IMG/VR virus record: IMGVR_UViG_3300040786_000047
Source of the DNA: a virus
Direction: 5' to 3' (one strand)
DNA: 64,000 bases
A program made the translations under genes and the position numbers. The notes beneath the pieces were generated by a model that was not told the DNA's origin, made no database searches, and worked only from the letters and a program-made list of their open reading frames with translations. Position 1 is the stretch's first letter, and each line of letters begins with the position of its first letter. Below are positions 1 through 10,773 of this stretch, one piece after another.

Positions 1-170
1 TATCAAACTAATGGATTTTAGAGCCTGTGTATGAAACAATTAAGAAGAAAATTTTAACAGAACAATCGGAATGGTCTACCACTACTGTAATTAAAACAAT
101 AAATAGTATATGAAATAGGTAAAATCTTATTTTATATTTAATATATAACTTATAAAAAATTAACCTACTA

Positions 171-635
171 ATGATATACGAAACTAAATTAACTAAAGAA
201 AAATAAACGATATACTAGATGATATACTAGATAAAATATCTAAATATGGAATAAAGTCTATTACAATACACGAAAAGGGATTTCTAGATGCTTATTCTTC
301 AGGTGATAAACAGGATGTTGATAATAAGGTATCAGTAATAAGCAATGATATTGTTTTGAAGATTCTTATTTTAAATTTGAGTTAGCAGAGACTAAGAAAT
401 TTGAAGATGAATTGCACCATATAGGAACTTTATATGTACCTGGATTATCTCCAGATCCAAGAACAAGAATAGAAGGAGTATTATCTGGTAGAATAATTGT
501 CTATAAAAATGGAACATACACTATTGAGTTTGAAAAGGTAGATGAGTTTCAAAATATGGATGTTTATGACTCTGTGAAGGTTTGGAATATGAGTTAGATA
601 GCTTTATTGATTATGTCGTACAAGAACTAGAATAA
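171..635 (+). CDS. Hypothetical protein with N-terminal DUF6576-like helix pair (frameshifted)
   Basis: Rebuilt N-terminus MIYETKLTKEK..DILDDILDKISKYGIKSITIHEKGFLDAYS resembles the ILDKISxxGxxSLTxxEKxFL motif; joins ORF 412..597; TAATATATA at 139-147. Confidence 0.55.
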
Positions 636-679
636 AAGGGATTTAAAATTTAATATATAATAAAAAATAATTGTAAGTA

Positions 680-1073
680 ATGATTAAGAAATATAATAAA
701 TTTGTAGAAGATAGATTGGTAAAAGAGGATGTACAAGTTGCACCTGAAGAAATCAAACAAGATGATACTATTCCTGAGGTAGAAGAGATTCCAGAAGAAG
801 AAGAAGGTGGTAAGTATATTGGTGATCAAAATGGACAGATTAGCAAGTATGTTAGGTGTTGATAAAAGTGCTAAAGGAGCAATTGAATTTGAAGGTAAGG
901 AAATAAACTTTTATTCAGAAACTGAAAAATTTCATGTTGGTGGTAAGAAATTTAATACATCAGAAGAAGTTATTGAGTATTTAAAACCAACTAAACAAAG
1001 ACCAAAAGAAGAAAACTTAGATGCTGAGTTTGAATCAAAAAGTTACAAAAGCAGAGAATTAAAAGTTAAATAA
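680..1073 (+). CDS. Acidic putative internal head protein with CTS-like N-terminus (frameshift near 800)
   Basis: MIKKYNKFVEDRLVKE start; ORFs 680..862 and 807..1073 join; TAATATATA at 651-659. Confidence 0.6.
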
Positions 1074-1076
1074 AAC

Positions 1077-1105
1077 AAAACCCACTAAATTTTAGTGGGT
1101 TTTTT
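1077..1105. terminator. Bidirectional intrinsic terminator
   Basis: AAAACCCACTAAA-T-TTTAGTGGGTTTTTT hairpin between convergent genes. Confidence 0.85.
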
Positions 1106-1484
1106 ATCTTGATCATTTAAATCATCACCGTTATTATTATACTCATTAGGATCATTTCCATTCATACTATCAGGATGCTCATTAGGATCATTTAAGTCAT
1201 CATGGTCTCTTCTTTTGTATTTGATTAACCATATAACCTGCAACAACAAACTGAATCGACGCCCATATACCAAAATCAGCAGTACTCATAACATCATACT
1301 TTTTAATTAGAAAAAAATCATACCCCACTCCGCAATTGCAAAACCAATACCTGATTCCATTCTTTTTTAGAAAGAAGCTTTTCTTACTGGAGTATATAAG
1401 AACCATTTCACGAAGGAACCATTTAATATTAGTCCATCCTAGTAGATATTTTGTATTTTTTACATTTTTTAATGGAGTTTTCAT
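1085..1484 (-). CDS. Two-TM membrane protein with acidic tail, possible holin (frameshifted)
   Basis: Rebuilt hydrophobic segments GIGFAIAEWGMIFFLIKK and FGIWASIQFVVAGYMV followed by a D/N-rich tail with DPNE repeats. Confidence 0.45.
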
Positions 1485-1512
1485 ACCATATATATTAATA
1501 TAAAAAATGTAA

Positions 1513-2704
1513 TTATATTTTACCAAACTCATTAAATTTCTTATTATAGTCTACTTCATCTATTTTCTTCCTTCTACTAAATTTAGGTAACCATTTAATA
1601 TCTAGTATATCATGACTAAAAAAGTTTTGAAGTGATAGCTTTTTATAAACACCTGGTGTTAATTGGTCTAACTTGTTAATATCCTTTACTTTACTAATTC
1701 TGTGTAATAACCTGTATGGATCAGCCACACTTTTTTATTATCTACAATAGACTCAAACATTTTCTTCCATAGGAATACATGGTATCCTTGTTTTAATTTT
1801 TCTGACTTCTTGAATCCAGCCTCATCATTATCGAAGAAATATTGAATATCTAAGCCATTATTTTCGATTAACTTAAAGTCGGTATTAACACCTACAAGTC
1901 CTATTGAATTTGGAAAGAAAAGAGAGTCTAAATATCCTTCAAATACAGTAATTCTATTACCAAGGTCTACATTAAGTATATTAAAATAATATGAGAGTTT
2001 ATTATAAACAACAAGTTCGTTCATATCCATTTGTATTTCAACATCTTTACCAATATGTATCCATTCTAATAGATTTTCATAATTATAAATTTTAAACATT
2101 CTACGTCTACCTTCTCTTAGGTTACGAACTTGCATACCTAGAACCTTATCATCTTTACGATTAAGCATTATAATTATCCATTCACTCTCATCTTCATTTT
2201 TCCAATACTTTGCTTGATATATATTCTTATGTAGTTCAGGTGCTATTCCACGTCCTATTAAATATTTATAAATACCACCATTAGTTTGTATTGGTTTAAA
2301 ATCTGATATAGGTGTAATATCTGAACTAAATACTCTTCTAATTCACTCAAATCGATTAAGTTTTCCAATCTAGCATCTACAAAGTCTGTTCCATAATCAG
2401 TGTAAGTAACAACACTTTCAAGATGTTCTATCATCTCTAACTTTTATCAGGATCTACCTGCTCATTGAAGTCTCTACACATCCTATCAAACGTGGTCTTC
2501 TTATCACAATTAAAACAGATATAAATTAGTTTATTTAGATAAACATTACCTCTCTTAGAGTGTGCGTTTTTATGCGAATCTTGACAATATGGACAGGCAA
2601 TATTATACCTTTCGACAAAATCATTAATTTTTTCTCTTATGTGTATTAGAAAACTCTTTATTAAGAATCTTCTGTATTAAACCATGTATATATACTCTAT
2701 CCAT
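1513..2704 (-). CDS. DNA primase, T4 gp61-like (frameshifted)
   Basis: Zn finger CPYCQDSH..KRGN..YICFNC at the N-terminus; TOPRIM motifs VFEGYLDS and YFFDNDEAG in ORF 1686..2168. Confidence 0.9.
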
Positions 2705-2708
2705 TCCT

Positions 2709-2736
2709 ATTATAGTTTTTTAAATATATTAAGTTC
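2709..2736 (-). promoter_or_regulatory. Putative phage middle promoter for primase
   Basis: GAACT-N17-TATAAT just upstream of ATG 2704. Confidence 0.55.
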
Positions 2737-2752
2737 TTTTAAATATTTTTAC

Positions 2753-2760
2753 TATCTTTG
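2753..2760 (+). promoter_or_regulatory. Bacteroidota-type -7 promoter element
   Basis: TATCTTTG (TAnnTTTG) 11 nt before ATG 2772. Confidence 0.6.
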
Positions 2761-2771
2761 TTAGATGATAA

Positions 2772-3140
2772 ATGAAATAGATTGGAAAACAGGTATTAAA
2801 TGGTTAGATTACTCTAAAAAGATTTAATCAAGAGAAGAGATGACTTAGTAACGCTTAACTTAGAATGTCGTAAAAGCACCGGCTTGGTTAAATGAAACTA
2901 TATCATACCTTATAAAAATAGAGAGCTTAGTTTAGATGAAAAGTTAATAGAAAGTAGAAAAGATATAAAATTAATTGATATTCCTATCCAGTGGCAAGAT
3001 AGTTTTAGAACATTTATGTTTGGTCAATCTTATTACATTAATAATAACGGAGATAGAATGGTCTTTATAATGATTTCATTAAGTGGTATCGTATAAACAA
3101 AGTTTCGATTGATAGAGAAATTAAAATAACATATTAGATG
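2772..3140 (+). CDS. Hypothetical protein ending in R-E-I-K-I tail (frameshifted)
   Basis: Coding-like across frames; ends ..KVSIDREIKI(N)NILDE. Confidence 0.5.
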
Positions 3141-3408
3141 AAAGAATTAGATAGATACAAGACACTATACAATAAGTTTGATAGACCGAAAAGAATCGGA
3201 CTATCACTGAAATCCATGATATTTATATAAATGCTTCTATAAGATCAGAGAGAATGCGTAAGGAAGTTGTTGATAGTATTTATGAAATAGTAAATGAGAT
3301 TCCTAAAATAAACAAAGCACACATTACATATTTCTACATAGAAGAAACATTATACCAATACGAGATGTCATTTATAGAGAGTTAGATGCTTATGGAACAT
3401 CTACTGAC

Positions 3409-3606
3409 ATGGTTAATTTCAAAGAGGGTAGTTTAGAAGAGATTAGAGATAAAAAAATACATTTCTTACTTAATAACACACGAGCTATTGAGTTAGGACA
3501 AAGACATTATGTTTTAAGTAAAAAGTGTAAACATTATGAGTATGGAATAAAGAGAATTTTGTTAGAAATGATTCAAGAAGAATTGTCAAAAAATTCAAAG
3601 AAGTAA
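3409..3606 (+). CDS. Hypothetical protein
   Basis: Intact 65-aa ORF in a run of small + strand genes spanning 3137-3745. Confidence 0.5.
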   Translation: MVNFKEGSLEEIRDKKIHFLLNNTRAIELGQRHYVLSKKCKHYEYGIKRILLEMIQEELSKNSKK

Positions 3607-3744
3607 AATTTTTGATATTCCAAAAGTTATAGAAGTAAACTTAGGAAAAGTGACAAAAGATATATTTTCTCACTTTCACAAGAATCATATGGATACTATA
3701 GAAAATTTGATCTAATGGGAGAGTTAACTGATAATATTAACTAT

Positions 3745-3771
3745 AAAAAAATCCTCTTAAAGAGGATTTTT
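3745..3771. terminator. Bidirectional intrinsic terminator
   Basis: AAAAAAATCCTCT-TAA-AGAGGATTTTT between convergent genes. Confidence 0.85.
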
Positions 3772-3781
3772 ATTTAATTAT

Positions 3782-4926
3782 AAAACATTTCATTATTTTA
3801 CCACACTTGTGACATATATGGATCATCTCCACCTTCTTTTTTATATCCCAGGACCAACCACATTTACATTTTATAACATCACTGCCTTTTGCCAAAGACT
3901 TAACTTTTTGATTAAATACATTTCTATAATCGTCTTGTCTATCTTCTGCACCACCTGTTGAAAAGTTTCCTGGTGTAGTTCCTTGTGCTACATTAAAACT
4001 TGTAAATGGTATAAGTGAAGATTGTAAGCCAGGAGCTTGATTCTCTTTTACAAAGTCAACATAACTCTTAATCTTACTGCTTTCTATTACTTTTTAGAAT
4101 AACCTCTCTTTGATGTATCATACAATCTAAATATAGTATCTGGATATATTTCTTTAAGTTCTTTAAATACCTTCTCAACATGAAGAACATTTCTAATATC
4201 ATCATCACTCATCCCAAAACTTATACTTGCTCCGATTCTGTTCGCAAAACCTTTTACTTTAGTCATAAATTCTTTCAATGCAATCTCTTTACCAACTTCT
4301 GGTGAATCTGCCCCACCGATTTGTGTTTAGCAACAAAATCTTCATTACTCACACCATAATAATCACACTTATTTAAGTAACTCTTAACTTGTGAATTTTT
4401 TGAAAAGTTTGTAGTATCTAAATTTGCAGTATGATGTTTGTCGGTTGTACCAATTTCTCTAAAATAATAAGAGAACTTTGCTAAGTTTGAATACATTTTT
4501 CTTTTTTGCTCATCAGTTAGATAATTATCTATTATCCACTCAATACCCTTTCTTATAGCTTCTGGACCATGTCCTCTTGCCGTAATCAGTGCGAATAAAT
4601 ATCCATTTTCAAGAACATTTATAAATTTTTCCCAAGATGGTGCAAATTCACCCGCATTTACAGCATATTTTAAATCTTCTAAAACGCATCATCACCCCTA
4701 GGTCCAAAGTCTCGAAACTCTATAAATGCATTATCAGCCAACTCCCAGTTATCTTTATCATTTCTTATCTCTGCAAACATTTCAGATGATACACCTTCTA
4801 CTTTACCAGTTTTAATATTTAACATATTAATCTTAGTTGGCATATGTAATAAATTATCATCAATATCAAAACAAGAGTATTCGATATGAATTTTATTTTT
4901 TTTATCGTCTTCCATTACTAAACATA
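3782..4926 (-). CDS. HAD-superfamily hydrolase-like protein with C-terminal Zn-ribbon module (frameshifted)
   Basis: Motif I FDIDDNLLHMPT, motif II LITARGHGP, motif IV GMSDDD; C-terminal CxCGWSW..GGDDPYxCHKCG. Confidence 0.7.
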
Positions 4927-4978
4927 TTTATTTTATAAAAAGTCCTATTTTTCAAGGACTTTAATTTACTTTACCTTT

Positions 4979-5311
4979 CTAAAAGATTATTTTTTGATCT
5001 GTTAACAAATGACTGAAAGATTCTAATTTAGACTCTTCTTCATCATCTTGACCTTCGAAATCTTCATCATCTTCATCATCTTGACCTTGCATTTGACCTT
5101 CGAAGTCTTCTTCTTCATCTTGACCATCAAAATCTTTAAATCCTTTGATATCTTCATCATCTTGACCTTGCATTTGTCCTTGACCTTCTTCAGCAGCTTC
5201 AAGTGAAAATTCTTCCACAACTTCACCGTCTAATTCAGCTTTAACAGTTACAACACCATCAACTTCTTCGATTTCAATTTCATATCCAAGTACTTCAACT
5301 TTAGTTTTCAT
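4979..5311 (-). CDS. Highly acidic protein with duplicated GQMQGQDDED motif
   Basis: 110-aa ORF, very D/E-rich, internal repeat; TAATATATA upstream at about 5332-5340. Confidence 0.65.
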   Translation of the reverse strand: MKTKVEVLGYEIEIEEVDGVVTVKAELDGEVVEEFSLEAAEEGQGQMQGQDDEDIKGFKDFDGQDEEEDFEGQMQGQDDEDDEDFEGQDDEEESKLESFSHLLTDQKIIF

Positions 5312-5379
5312 ATTATTTTATTATTTTTTATTATATATTAAATAATAAAACTCTTTTATACTTTTTAATAAAAGGTTAA

Positions 5380-5903
5380 TTATGAAAAATAGTGTATGTT
5401 TTCTCTATTAAAATCTACAACTCTATTTAGACCATCTACTATATATGACTCTTGTATTTTCTCTTTACTTAATTCTAAATCCTCTAATAATAGAGAATGT
5501 TTAATAGATTGTGCAAATTTGAAGTTAGATTCTTCTATTTCTTGCCACGTTGCGCTAACGCAATACATATTCGCTTCCATGTAGTCTGATATAATCATAC
5601 CGGTTGCGAGTCCTTTATGCATACTTTTTTAAAAAAATTGGTCTGCATTACACCATATACCTATGTTTATCTTTTCTCTTAACAAGTAAACCAATCCACT
5701 ATCTACTATAAAATTGAAATCACCATCAGCAAGTCCTCTTTCGGTACCATGTCCCATTAGTACAATTATATCATGTTCGCTTATCAAAGTTTAAGTTTCG
5801 ATTTGCTTATATTTTTTTGTAACAATAGTCAATCTTTACCATCATATATTGTTGATAGAAAGTCAGTTGTTTCGTCTTCTGCATGTATTAATAAAGTTTT
5901 CAT
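5380..5903 (-). CDS. Putative clan CD (caspase/gingipain-fold) cysteine peptidase-like protein (frameshifted)
   Basis: Rebuilt HDIIVLMGHGTE and NIGIWCNAD: beta-strand-His-Gly then beta-strand-Cys; joins ORF 5380..5622. Confidence 0.5.
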
Positions 5904-5907
5904 AGAA

Positions 5908-5915
5908 CAAAGATA
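5908..5915 (-). promoter_or_regulatory. Bacteroidota-type -7 promoter element
   Basis: TATCTTTG 4 nt before ATG 5903. Confidence 0.65.
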
Positions 5916-5924
5916 AATAAAATT

Positions 5925-5952
5925 AAACATTAAACCATTAAAATAGTATAAA
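5925..5952 (+). promoter_or_regulatory. Putative phage middle promoter for clpP
   Basis: AAACA-N17-TATAAA. Confidence 0.55.
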
Positions 5953-5971
5953 TAAAAAATAATATAGTAAA

Positions 5972-6602
5972 ATGTCAGACATTGAAAAATTTTAAAATCA
6001 AAAAAATAAACAGTACTTATTTAAATTATTATAAGAATAGTTTAAATTACAATTACGGAGGTGACCAACAAGTTGATGTATTCACAAAATTGTTCGAAGA
6101 TAGAATATTGATGTTGACTGGAGATGTAGATGATTACATATGTGATTTAGTTAAAGCACAGTTACTTTACCTTGAATCTGAAAGTAAAGAAGATATAACA
6201 ATGTATATAAATTCTGGTGGTGGTTCAGTATATAGTGGACTAGGATTATTAGACGTTATGGACTTTGTTAAGCCTGATATAATAACCGTAAATACGGACT
6301 TGCAGCATCTATGGCAGCAGTTATTCTTTGTTCTGGTACAAATGGTAAAAGAAAGGCACTTAAAAGAAGTCGCACAATGATACATCAACCAATGAGTTAT
6401 GGTTCTGGATATTCACAGGCATCTGATATGGAATTAGACACAAAGGAAATATTATCTTTAAAGAAAGAACTGTACGAGATAATTTCAGAAAGTTCAAACA
6501 TATGATAAAGTTTATAAAGATAGTGATAGAGACTATTGGATGAGTGCGGCCGATGCTAAGAAATATGGAATCATAGACGAAATTATTGTAAAGAGGAAGT
6601 GA
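5972..6602 (+). CDS. clpP: ATP-dependent Clp protease proteolytic subunit (frameshifted)
   Basis: DVFTKLFEDRILML, LLYLE, MYINSGGGSV, TG(L)AASMAA (Ser), MIHQP (His), DRDYW (Asp). Confidence 0.95.
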
Positions 6603-6605
6603 TAG

Positions 6606-7035
6606 ATGTTCGAAATCTATCAAGAAGATAAGTTAAAAAAAGATAATTCAGGATATACCTTCAAAGTATTCTAATAATGGTATTAGAAGAACTGTATTTC
6701 CTGAAAAGAAATGCCTACCGATGAAATTATGCATTTTTCAATATGATTATAGATGATATAGGATATATCTTAGACGCACCGGTTACGCAAATAGAAGGTA
6801 AGACACTTCTAACAAGTAGAATTTGCTCATCCTCACTTAATGACTTAATAAAAATAATTTTAGTTAAATGTCAAAAGGATGATATGTCTATCGGATACTA
6901 TAATGTATCTATTGATGATAATAATTTATTGAATATATATGTATTTAGAATGTTTTATTATGATGATATTGGTAAGTAACAGAAGAAGTAGAGAAACTAA
7001 AATTAATGATATATTAAGTTGGTTATATACTTAGT
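6606..7035 (+). CDS. Hypothetical protein ending in RETKINDIL tail (frameshifted)
   Basis: Includes ORF 6743..6979; next frame reads AGA GAA ACT AAA ATT AAT GAT ATA TTA. Confidence 0.5.
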
Positions 7036-7058
7036 TTCATTAGTTAATATATAAACTT

Positions 7059-7460
7059 ATGAAACATTTAAAACTATTTGAGGAATAACATTCTCACCAA
7101 AAAGATATTCTATACAAAGACAAAGGAGATTCAACTATACTTTATAGTTTTGATTATGATGAGTATAGTTTTCTTGTAGAGTTCTACCAAGTGCTATCTA
7201 TTGAAAGATAATACCATTTCTATGGAAAAGGTTGATGATTATCTATCAGAATTGTGGAGAAGAGATTTTCAGTCGAAGAGGGTTTTGGCACTTTAAACAT
7301 TTCGGTAAGCTATAGATATTTATTCTTATGTTGCTAAAATAACAGAGGATTTTTTAAATGAATATAATCCTGATATATTAATGATGACACATACATCAAA
7401 GTCTAGGTTTAATATAAACTGGAAATTTATGGAAAATTTAAATATAAGTAAAGATTATCT
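7059..7460 (+). CDS. CTS-like N-terminus protein (frameshifted)
   Basis: Starts MKHLKLFEE; TAATATATA at 7045-7053. Confidence 0.55.
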
Positions 7461-7540
7461 TATAAAAGCAATAAACACATTCTCGTTATCATCAAGACTG
7501 TTCTTATAAAGAAGAATGTTTCTAATCTAATAGAGTATAA

Positions 7541-7570
7541 AATAAAACCCATCATTTGATGGGTTTTATT
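7541..7570. terminator. Bidirectional intrinsic terminator
   Basis: AATAAAACCCATCA-TT-TGATGGGTTTTATT perfect stem between convergent genes. Confidence 0.85.
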
Positions 7571-7826
7571 AATCTTCTGTTTAGGTTTTGCCTTTGGCTT
7601 TCTCTTACGTCTTGGTTTCTTTTTTCTCTTCAACGACTTCAGTTTCAGCAACAACTGGCTTAACAACTTTTGTTGGGTTTTATCTTAACAACTTTTTTCT
7701 CAGCAACTTCTGCTAATCTTTTCCCATTACTTTAACCGGTTCCTCAGTTATTTCTATTGGTGTTTCAATTTTAGTTTCCTCTAGCTTTGGAGCAGAGAGA
7801 CCTTTAAAAGAATGATTTTAATCCAT
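7565..7826 (-). CDS. Small Glu/Lys-rich protein (frameshifted)
   Basis: Low-complexity E/K/P/V coding ending ..KRKPKAKPKQK; TAATATATA upstream. Confidence 0.4.
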
Positions 7827-7976
7827 TTATTAGTTAATTATTTTTAATATATATTAAATTATCACACTTCCTTTTTAAATTTACAATAATAATATATTAT
7901 TTATTTATATATCATGATGTTGCATCTTTTATAATAATATATTTTGAATTTTATAGAGAAGTCACAAATCAACGAA

Positions 7977-8375
7977 CTACCATTTGATGGTATTGCCGTA
8001 TATGAAGCAGTACGCATTAAATATCCACTTCGCTCTAAATCTATTACTATTAACCTCTTTTTTAATTGCATCAAGTTTTGATGCATCTGCCCAAGCATAG
8101 TTAACATAGTCAATAAGTGTAAGTATATAATCTGATATTTCGCTATATACAAAATTATTATTATTATAACTTGTAGTCTTAAAGCTTCCGATACTAATAT
8201 ATACCTCAATAGTATTAGGTACTTCATCAAATGAAGCTTGATTTATTAAAAAGATAGTCTGGTTTACTATAACTTTAACTTCAAAGCCTTTATCTACGAG
8301 TTCAACTAATACTCCGTTAATATCCTCTTCTAATTTAGTTCTATTAAAACTTTCAAACAATTTAATATATTTCAT
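7977..8375 (-). CDS. CTS-family paralog A1
   Basis: MKYIKLFESFNRTKLEEDINGVLVELVDKGFEV..FVYSEISDYILTLIDYV. Confidence 0.75.
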   Translation of the reverse strand: MKYIKLFESFNRTKLEEDINGVLVELVDKGFEVKVIVNQTIFLINQASFDEVPNTIEVYISIGSFKTTSYNNNNFVYSEISDYILTLIDYVNYAWADASKLDAIKKEVNSNRFRAKWIFNAYCFIYGNTIKW

Positions 8376-8435
8376 ATTTTATTTATTTTTATAATAATAA
8401 AATTTAATAGCTTATCTCTAGTTTCTTCTATTAAA

Positions 8436-8743
8436 TTAACTTTGAATCAATATCACGATATCTACTATATCCTTTAAATTTATAATGTATTTCATATTTA
8501 ACAGTAACGTCTTTATTCCAAAATACTTTAAGTAGTCAATAGTAGTATCTATATAATCTTCAACTTCACTATACTTAAAACGATCATATATCATATTCTC
8601 TTGATGCAGTACAATAATAACACTTTCTTTTTCTATATTGACCTTAACGAAGAAATTATTATCTTTCAACTCAATTAATAATCCGTCAATATCTTCTTTA
8701 ATTTACTTTTATTAGAACTTTCAAACAACTTAATGTATCTCAT
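8436..8743 (-). CDS. CTS-family paralog A2 (frameshifted)
   Basis: MRYIKLFESSNKSK..EDIDGLLIELKDNNFFV..FKYSEVEDYIDTTIDYL. Confidence 0.75.
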
Positions 8744-8749
8744 AATCTA

Positions 8750-9096
8750 TTTTAATTTTAATTAAGTGTATTTGTGAATTAGCATATGGTTCATCATTTT
8801 TGTTAAATAATGTTCTTTTCTATAAATTTCATATATATATCCGTTTTAAATTCAATGCTTATATCATCACCAAGAGCATTATTTAAGTAATCTAACATCG
8901 TATCCACATAATCTTTTATTTCATCATATTTAAAATTAACTTTTTTTAATAGAAATAGAAATATAACTATTAGTAAAATCCTTCTTTATAGAAAAATTAT
9001 TATCTATAAGCTCAATTAACATTCCGTCAATATCAATTTCTATTTTATCTATGGGATATTTACTATCAAACCTTCAAAAAATTTAATGTATTTCAT
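8750..9096 (-). CDS. CTS-family paralog A3 (frameshifted)
   Basis: MKYIKFFEG..DIDGMLIELIDNNFSI..FKYDEIKDYVDTMLDYL. Confidence 0.75.
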
Positions 9097-9107
9097 AGTA
9101 TATATTA

Positions 9108-9135
9108 AAACAAAACATGGTATTTTATATATAAT
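9108..9135 (+). promoter_or_regulatory. Putative phage middle promoter for uvsW
   Basis: AAACA-N17-TATAAT, 6 nt before ATG 9142. Confidence 0.6.
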
Positions 9136-9141
9136 GATAAG

Positions 9142-10731
9142 ATGAAATTTAGATATGATAAAGAAACAGAAGAGCTTGTAGTAACTGATGCAGTAGAATA
9201 GAATATCACCAAATAGGATTGTGGTTAAACAGACATGTCAAGGTTGGAAGTATCAACCTGCTGTAAAATGGGTGTTTGGGATGGTAAGAAGTCTTACTTT
9301 AAAAATGGACATAAACATGGGTTTGTGGAAAGAAGCTCTTAGAAGTTGTAAAAAATTGATACACCTTTTATTATAGAGAATAAAGAAGACTTTCAATTAA
9401 TAGAGAAGTTACATTAGAAAAGTACAAAATTTTGTAAAAATTTTTTCAAAATCATAAAGTACAAAAGATAAAACTATGATACCTTTTGTTCCATATTCAC
9501 ACCAGATAGAATCAGCATACAAAATACTAAAGAATAGGTATTGTATGGCAGAAGTCGCTACATCTGGTGGTAAATCTTTGATAATATCAATTGTGATGTT
9601 TTACACATTAAAACACATTGATAAAGATGCTAAATTTCTTATCATAGTTCCTTCAATTACACTTGTTACTCAATTTTATGATAACATAATTGAATATAAT
9701 TTTGGACTAAACAAACTTATCGAAATGCGTGATAATAAAGTAGACTACACTTAACAAAGACACAGGTGAACCTAATTTACCTTGTGAAGTTAGAGTCGAA
9801 GAGATTATGAGTGATAGACCTAGAAAGTTCTCTGGTACTGAAAATCCAAATATCTATATCGGAACATATCAATCACTAGAAAAGTGGCCTAAAAAATTCT
9901 TTGAACAATTTCATACTATTGCAACAGATGAAGCACACGGTGCAAAAGCAAAGACTATTTTATCTATACTAGAAAATACATTTGGGTTTGCTTATTCAAG
10001 ATTCGGGTATCAGGTACCTTTCAACAGATGAAACCTGTGAGATATTAACAATACAATCAGTGCTAGGACCTAAAATAACAGAGGTTAGCGCAGATGAATT
10101 GAAAAGAAAGGTATTATAACACCAATGGAGATAAAAGCCGTTATAATGAACCATAACGATGAACAGTTTGATGAAAGGTTAAAGTTAATAAGAAAAGAGT
10201 GGAGATGGTAAGTCAGCATTTGATTTAGAAAAGGCTTATGCACATAGATCTGATAAAAGACTTGAGTTTATAAAAAAATATAAGTGTAGTAACAATACAC
10301 TATTACTCTTTCATACAATTGAGAATGGACAGAGAATATTTAATAAGTTAAAAGAAGAGATGCCTGAAAAGAGTTTTACTATATTGATGGTGAAGTTAGC
10401 GGTAAGAAAAGAGAGATAATTAAAAACAGATGGAGGTTACCGATGGTAAGGTAAGAGTATTAGTTGCTAGCTTTGGAACTTTGGCAGTAGGTGTTTCCAT
10501 GAACGCTATATTTAATATCATATTTACAGACTCATTTAAGTCTGAACAAATCGTTATACAAGCAATTGGTAGAGGACTTAGACTACACTCAGAAAAATCA
10601 AAGTAAATATATTTGACCTTGTTGATGTATTTAATAAAGAAATGAATAATATACTATTTAGGCATTTTAAAGAAAGAGACATTTACATAAAGAGGAAATA
10701 TCCTTATAAAATAATTAAAATAAATTTATAG
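9142..10731 (+). CDS. uvsW: UvsW-like SF2 DNA helicase (frameshifted)
   Basis: Walker A VATSGGKS, LIIVP, TYQSL, DEAHGA, SGT, VFGT-like SFGT and QAIGRGLR motifs. Confidence 0.9.
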
Positions 10732-10773
10732 AACACATAGTTTAATATATAATTAATAAAATTAAACTATATA

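Noticed and set aside
5023-5226. Met/Lys-rich ORF (MKMMKISK repeats) as a real protein
   Set aside because: Shifted-frame shadow of the acidic GAT/GAA-rich gene 4979-5311. The same applies to 42534..42749 and 29637..29876.
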